64,000 nucleotides of DNA from Azolla caroliniana (taxonomy: Eukaryota; Plantae; Polypodiophyta), in assembly GCA_043228905.1 (NCBI GenBank), contig JBHGNT010000002.1, positions 5,332,001-5,396,000 on the forward strand, in the 5' to 3' direction. The notes under the pieces were generated by a model, which had not been told where the DNA came from, made no database searches, and saw nothing but the letters and a program-made list of their open reading frames with translations. Both the position numbers and the translations under genes were made by a program. Of this stretch, positions 56,782-64,000 are shown piece after piece. Within the stretch, counting starts at the first letter, position 1. Each line of letters opens with the position of its first letter.

Positions 56782-59700
56782 GATAGGTCTAACTTCTTCC
56801 GAATGGAAGAGTTGGTGACCGTGTCGATGTTAAGCTGTCTGGCGATATCCATGCTTTTGCGACCCGAATGTAACCATCCAAGCGTTTCTCCACGAGCCAT
56901 CGGCGTAGGGCAGTAGAGATGAAGATCGGCATCGCTAGGGTAGGTTCATGGAGAGGAGACGGGTAGTAGTGGTGAGTTGGAGCTCTGAGATAGGATGGGG
57001 AAGAAGGTGAGGAGGAGGAGCGATGGGAGCGCTGATAGCTAGAAGATGGGTTTCTGCTTTGTGCAGAAAATCTTCTGTTTCCTTCTTTTTGTGGCTTAGG
57101 GTTCATTGGGCGGTGAGCCATCGTGGTGCCGCGTGTTCTTGAACTAGGAGTTTGTGCATGCCTTTAGTCGTTTTAATAGTCGTTATCTTCTCTTCTTCTT
57201 TTTTTTTTTTTCGTAACAGTTATTTACAACCTATTTTTACATTATTGTACAAATGGGACTGTCCATTTTACGCTGCGGGTTCTCCGGCTTTGTCCCATTC
57301 GGCGGTGAATGGGTTAGGTGGCGTAGGGCCCAGGTAATGTTTGAGTCGAAACCCATTCACTTTTTGCCGTACTATTTCTCTAGCTAGCGTTCCTAGTTGG
57401 AACGTGACCTGTTCCACGCCAATTATCCAGTATGGGCTGGTCTAGTGGAAATGTAACTTCCCCGGCATATGGCCCATGCGCGTTTGAAAAACTAGCACCG
57501 CTCGGCCCACGGCGAACTCCTTTTCCCTTGCGCTCCGATGTCGATCGACAAACGCTTTACGCCGTCGTTGTTCCTGTTCCAACACAGCCATGTTGTGGAC
57601 GCGTTTTTCCCCTAGTTCGAGGAGTTGGTAGAGTCGTTCCTCCTCCGACTTGGCTTCTGATAATCGGTTCCGTACCTGAATGCGCAAACTAGGTACCCAA
57701 AATTCGACCGGCATCACAGCCTCTAGTCCAAACGCTAGCTGGAACGGTGTTGACTGTATGCTTGTTTGTAACTAGTTTTGTACGCCCATAACGCACTCTG
57801 GAGTTTGGTATCCCAGTCCATTCTATTTTCATTGACGGTTTTCTTCAAAATGGTCTGTAAAGTTTTGTTCGTGGATTCCGCTAATCCATTCGCCTGTGGG
57901 TAGTATGGCGTGCTCTTCTTGTGGACTACTACGTAATGTTGTGTTAGTTCCCGAACCACCGTGTTGAGGAAGTGGCTCCCCTGGTCACTGATGAGCTCAA
58001 TTGGACAGCCGAACCGGCACCAGATGTGCTCGTAAAGAAATTTGGTTGTGACGGCCGCCGTATTTTCACGTAGTGCCTTTGCTTCTACCCATTTGGTACA
58101 GTAATCCGTGGCTACCAATATGTATTTGTTGCCCGTACGGGCCGCTGCTGGTGTGAAGGGCCCCACAAAATCCAATCCCCACTTTTGGAAGGGGTCTAGT
58201 GGTAATATCAGCTGGTGTGGCATCCTTGCGTCCTTCGCGGGCTGACCCATCCGCTGGCACAAATCACACTTTCTACAATACTCGGATGCGTCTTTCTGCG
58301 TTGTTGGCCACCATAAGCCCGCCTGCCATACTTTGTGAGCTGTCACGTTGCCCGCGTAATGGCCGCCGGCCGTGCCGCAGTGTGCCTCCCGTAAAACTGC
58401 TTCTTTCTCATCCTGACGAACTCCACGTCACCAAATGCCGTCACTTCCTTTGTGATATAAATTTCCTTCGACAAGGCAGAAGTGACGGCTTCTGACGGCT
58501 AGTCGTTTCTTCTCGTCCGTGCGTAATTGTGGTGGAGGTAGTCCTATAGTTAAAAAGTACGTCATTTCCATAAGCCATTAGTCCGGAAAGGTGGATTCCG
58601 TTTTTTCTGCAAGTGTCGCTACTCGCCAAATGTCGGCGTCTGAAAAATCGTCGTCGTCCTTCTGTACTGTTTCTCCGTTCTCAAGTCTGCTCAAAAAATC
58701 CGTCATTGCGTGTTGCGTCCCTGGCTGATGTTGAATTACGAACTCGAATTCCTGGAGCAGCAACATCCACCGCGCCAATTTCCCTGTCAGGGCTTGTTCC
58801 TCCACCAAATACAATAATGCCAAATGATCCACGTGGAACGTGAATTTTCGTCCTAGTAAAAAATGTCGGAATTTATTGATGCTATAGATCATCCCTAGCG
58901 CCTCCCGCTCTGTTGTGGAATAGTTACGCTCTACTGCTGACAATTTACGACTTGCGTAGTATACTGGCCTATACCAGTTTGGTTCGTTTAGTTGCATTAG
59001 CGCACTTCCTATTGCTATGTTCGAGGCATCGACGAACACGTGGAATGGCTTCGCCCAAACTGGAGGTTGTACGACGGGGGCCTGTGTGAGCATTATCTTA
59101 AGTGCCTCATAGGCCTTATCCTCTGTTGCAGTCCATTGGAAAGGAGTCCGATGTATGGCAACGTGTAGTGGCGTGGCGAAGTCTGCCAAATACCGTATCA
59201 TCCGACTATGCCACCGTATTTGGCCCAAAAATCGGCTAAGTGATTTGGCATTTGTCAGAGTTTTAGCTTGCGTAATAGCGGAGATCTTGTTTGGGTCGAC
59301 TGCTATTCCTTCTTTGCTGATAATGTGGCCTAGGAGAGTCCCACTGGTCACGCCGAAGGCACATTCCGCGGGATTCAGGCTTAAGCGTGCGGTACGGCAA
59401 CGTTCCAGGCACAAACGTAAGAGCGAAAAATGGTCTTTTGTTTGCCCATATACCACAAAATCGTCTAAAAAGACTTGCATGAACGCCAGAATGTATTCCC
59501 CAAAGATCTTCGTAATCATTCGTTGAAATGTTGTCGGCGTCATCTTTAGCCCAAACATCATGACGACCGCCACATATACTCCCCAGTCCGTGACAAACGC
59601 ATGCGTACTTGGTTATAGCCACTGAAGCCATCTAAGAAACTGTACATCTCATGGCCTGCGACGGCGTCCAGCACGCTATCGGTGAAGGGTAAGGGAAATC

Positions 59701-61042
59701 CGTCCGTAATGGTTACGTCGTTTAATTTTCGGTAATCTACGCATACCCGTATTTTGCCATTTTTCTTTGGGACAACCACTATCGGGCTTAGCCATGTCGC
59801 TTGTTTAACTAGCCGTATGAACCCCGCCCTCAGTATCTTGTCAATTTCTTCTTTCACGCGGGTCGCGTAATTGGGGTTCATGCGGTAGTGGCGCTACTGG
59901 ACAGGTTTCGCATCAGTTGCTAAATTGATCTTATGTTGATAGAACTTGGGATCTAACCCCTTCATGTCCTCGCGAGCCCAAGCGAACACATCTTTATATT
60001 CCGTGAGTAGTGCGATCATTGTGATTCTCTGGTCCGACCTCAATTCCTTTGCTATGGAGAGGAATCGGGGTTCCGATTCCGTACCCACATTTACTTCGTC
60101 GAGAGCAGAAGCGGTGACTCGTCGTGAAATCTTCATTTCCCTTTCGAATGCCGCCCGTGCTCTGCTGAGTTCCAATATGGACTCTGGGTTTGGTTCGTAT
60201 GGCTCTTCGTGCGGGACAGTGGTCGTAGTATATTCTAACGCAGTTGCGATGACATCTATTTCGAAGAGCGGAATAATCCAAGGATGTTCGTCAAGGTACG
60301 CTTCCAATTCGGCATCCTCCACCCCAGCCAGCATATTTATGTCTTCCGCGTATAACTGTGTTATACCCTTAGATTGTGGCGTGTTGCCTTCCGTAGGTAC
60401 ACGAACCTTGGTGCGTCCATGCCGGAAACTGATACACTCGTGTTGCCAGCTCTGCTTGATATTTGCTGTCCAAAGCCATGGTCTGCCCAGAAGCACTGGG
60501 TACGCTCCTGGGGCATCCAAAGCGAGGACGACTGCCGATATGTCGAAGCGGTGTCCGCCCACGATGATGCCCATTTTGCGAATTAGCCCCAACAGTCGCA
60601 CTGATCAGGTATCTGCCTTGCGGAGCCAGAATGGACACGCCTCCCATTCGGAAATGCCTAACTGTTCGCAAGTTTTCGCGCTAATCACATTGACGCCTGA
60701 GCCACCGTCGATTACGCATAGTTAACATGATTTCCAGTGGAAATGTGGAACTAGTTGTAGCAGTTTTTCCATAGTTAACGTGATTTCACAGCCTCCTAAC
60801 ACCTGCCAAATGGGGACCAACCCCGGTCTTTCATTCTCTGTTCGCTCCATTGTGTTCACGGACTCCTGCCGCATACGTTCCGTATTGGTCGCGTTTGCTT
60901 TTTCCACCCAGGCTTGGGCTTGTCGTCGTACCTCGTCCTGCGCAACCCAATCCGCCGTTTTTGTTTGCTAGCGTGTTGTGACTTGTTGCACCTCCGCCGT
61001 AATCATATTGATGGCGGGCCCCTTTCCCTTGCATGCTGGACA

Positions 61043-61305
61043 TGTTGCACACGGTGCTCGGCCACAACCGAGGAATAGGATCAACTCACAGAAAATAGGA
61101 AATACAAAGTACACGGAGACAATAGAGAGAAGAGTACACAGGATATTTTTCGTGGAAAACCCTAAATGGGAAAAACCATGGGAGTCCTCAAACTCCAACT
61201 ATCACTATGAACAGAGATGTACAATGGTGAAGCTTCAAGGCAACAACCTTGAGCTCACTGTCTTCGCCACAGGCGGCGGTAATACACAGAGGCAACGACC
61301 TCCTC

Positions 61306-61336
<31 letters not shown>

Positions 61337-64000
61337 CTGCTCTCTTCACTCTCTCTAAGTGGAAAACAGAAAAATAAGCAACAACCAAAAAACTGTTTGC
61401 CCTAAGTCATATTTATACACATATGACTTTCGGGTTATTTACAGATATAGCCTCAAGGGCCCTTGGCAAACATATTCTCAAATATGTCCCCGTATCCGGA
61501 TCTCTCTCCGGGTACATTCGTCATCCGGCTCCGAAGCCGGGGTCTTCATCATCCGGCTCCGTAGCCGGGACCGTAACCGTAACCGTAACCGTAACCGTAA
61601 TTGCCGTCATTCATCTCCGGACATCCCATCCGAAGGGACCGAAAATCCCAACAAACTCCCCCTTCACTTCGGCATGGGATGTCTCTCCAATCCGATCCTC
61701 TTCCGGCATGCTTCCAGCTTGTCGGGTGTAAGTACCTTGGTCAGCATATCCGACCCGTTCTCGTCCGTGTGGATCTTCGTCAGCACGAACTCCTTGTCTT
61801 CTATCCTTTCCCGGATCCAGTGGTATCTACGCTGGATGTGCTTCGTCCGGGAGTGATAGGCCGCATTCTTCGCAAGGTGGATGGCACTCTGACTGTCGCA
61901 GTAGAGTCGGTACTCCTCCTGCCGGATACCGAGCTCTCTAATGAAGTCCTTCATCCATATCATTTCCTTGCCGGCTTCAACAGCCGCCATGTACTCCGCC
62001 TCCGTGGTTGACAACGCAACCGTCTTCTGCAGCCTCGACTGCCATGAAACAACTCCCCCTGCATACGTCATCACATACCCTGATGTGGATCGGCTGGTAT
62101 CTGCATCAGCCGACATATCCGAATCGGTAAAGCCGTCGAGTTCGGGCTTACCGGAGCCGAATCGGAGGCACACGTTTGCCGTGCCCTTCAGGTATCGGAG
62201 TATCCACTTGGCTGCGTTCCAATGCTCTTTGCCGGGGTTGCTCATGTACCGGCTCACCACTCCGACTGCATATCCTATGTCCGGTCGGGTGCACACCATT
62301 GCGTACATCAAGCTCCCGACGGCAGAGGCATATGGTACTTTCATCATGTCCTCCTTCTCAGCCTTTGTCTTGGGGCTTTGCTTGCTGGACAGCTTGCAGT
62401 TTGTCGGGAGTGTTGACCCGACCGGTCTTGCCTCCGACATGTTGAACCGGTGAAGCACCTTTGTCACGTACTTCTCCTGTGACAGCCACAACTGCTTCTT
62501 CTTCCGGTCCCGGATGATGTGCATCCCTAGTATTTGCCTCGCCGGACCCAGGTCTTTCATTGAGAAGGTTCGGTGAAGGGCCTTCTTCAGCATCCGTATC
62601 TTGACCTGGTCCCGTCCGACGATCAACATGTCGTCCACGTACAGGAGGAGTATTAGAAAGTCTCCTCCTTCGAACTTCTTCACAAACACGCAGTGATCGG
62701 ACTGCGTTTTGTGGTACCCTTCGTCTGTCATGAAGGAGTCGAACTTCCGGTACCATTGCCGGGGAGCCTGCTTCAGACCGTAAAGGCTCTTCTTCAACCG
62801 GCATACCAGGTGCTCCTTCCCTTTCTTCTCGAATCCTTCCGGTTGCTGCATGTAGATCTCTTCTTCGAGGTCACCGTGAAGGAATGCCGTCTTCACGTCC
62901 ATCTGTTCTACCTCGAGGTCCATGCTTGCCGCTATGCTCAGCACCGTCCGGATGGAGGTCATCTTCACTACCGGGGCAAATATCTCGTCGAAGTCGACGC
63001 CCTTCTTCTGCTGAAACCCCTTCACCACGATCCTGGCTTTGTATCTCGGGGGTTTCCGGCATCTCCCGGTTTCAGCTTGAACACCCACTTGTTACGGAGT
63101 GCCCGTTTTCCTTTCGGCAACTCCACAAGTTCATATGTGTGGTTCTCATGCAGGGAATCCATCTCCTCCTGCATAGCACTTAACCATCTGTGGCTATGGG
63201 TGTCATGCTTCGCTTCTTCAAAGCTCTCCGGCTCCCCCTCGTCGGTTAGCAGCACGTGCTCTGGTTCCGGAAATCTCCGGGGAGCCCTTCTCTCTCTTAG
63301 AGGATATCTCCGTTCCGGAGCTTCGGTAACCGGTTCTTCCGATTCTTCTTCATCCGAATCCATTTCGGGATCGGGGCCGGTTCCGGTATTATTTTCATCT
63401 TCCTCGGCCGGTTCTGTCTCTTCACCGTCTTCGGCCGGATCCTCGAGTGCTAACCGGTCCCTTGCCGGTCGGGACTGCTCTTCGTAGAGTTTATCCTCAC
63501 CGGTCGACTTGGAGCTCTTCATCTTCTTCTCCGACTCCCAGTCGGTGAGTGTCTCGTCCTCCATGAAGATGATATCTCGACTCCTGAATATCTTCTTGTC
63601 GACCGGGTCCCATACTCGGTAGCCGAACTCGTCGTCGCCGTAACCGAGGAATATGCATGGCCGGGTCTTTGGATCTAACTTTCCTCTCCGGTCCTTTGCC
63701 ACATGCACGTATACGAGACACCCGAACACCTTCAGATGCCGGTAGGATACTTCCCTACCGGTCCACACTCTCTGCGGCGTGTCTCCGTTCAAAGGTACTG
63801 AGGGTGATCTGTTTATCACGTATGTCGCCGTCGACATTGCCTCAGCCCAAAACCCCTGGGGTAATTTCGCATGCGCCAGCATACTCCGGACCCTCTCCAT
63901 TATGGTCCGGTTCATCCTCTCGGCCAGCCCGTTCAGTTCCGGCGTCTTCGACACAGTAAACTCGAGCCGGATTCCCTTCGAGCGACAGTACTCCTCGAAC
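61043..64000 (-). mobile_element. Ty1/copia (Tto1/Tnt1-like) 3' half: 3' LTR 61043-61653, INT-RT-RH with a frameshift near 63050; continues beyond the window
   Basis: TGTTG...CAACA LTR and PPT agggggagtt next to the pol stop (61664). Motifs NGLAERMNRT, LLYVDD and ENGSDMLTK; (CCGTAA)n in the LTR. Confidence 0.93.

Larger units (their letters stand above)
50317..61042 (-). mobile_element. Degenerate non-chromovirus Ty3/gypsy element (3' LTR 50317-50756; PR-RT-RH-INT at about 60720-57330; extra 3' ORF), interrupted by two copia insertions
   Basis: CVIDGGSGVNVI, KKNGKIRVCVDYRKLN, FLDGFSGYNQ, VFLDDF, YYASRKL..ERNYSTTERE, WGLDFVGP, ISDQGSHF and VNGFRLKHY, in gypsy domain order. LTR termini TGTTG...CAACA. 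Confidence 0.9.

Overview
Eukaryotic land-plant genomic DNA. A non-seed plant such as a fern is my guess from the transposon types; this is inference only. No prokaryotic systems, CRISPR, rRNA or intact tRNA genes were seen. Three spliced host genes are present: an ICE1/SCRM-like bHLH-ACT transcription factor (+, 5530-9584) and two near-identical NADP-dependent 2-alkenal/double-bond reductases set head-to-head in a large inverted duplication (-, 17334-21295; +, 35111-39087). The rest is nested transposons: five Ty1/copia elements or fragments (one intact with near-identical LTRs), several non-chromovirus Ty3/gypsy elements and LTRs, two LINEs sitting in (TC)n microsatellites, decayed LINE, hAT and Helitron remnants, and simple repeats. 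The most unusual signal is in three gypsy-type LTRs. Where the polypurine tract should be, they carry a tRNA-3'-end-like sequence (an inverted primer-binding site), which suggests tRNA-primed plus-strand synthesis or an inverted coding cassette. Also notable are a LINE whose ORF1 and AUG-less ORF2 are in frame across a UGA-CGG readthrough-type stop, reductases lacking the conserved active-site Tyr, and a young copia with rearranged flanks and no target-site duplication. All coordinates were read by eye.
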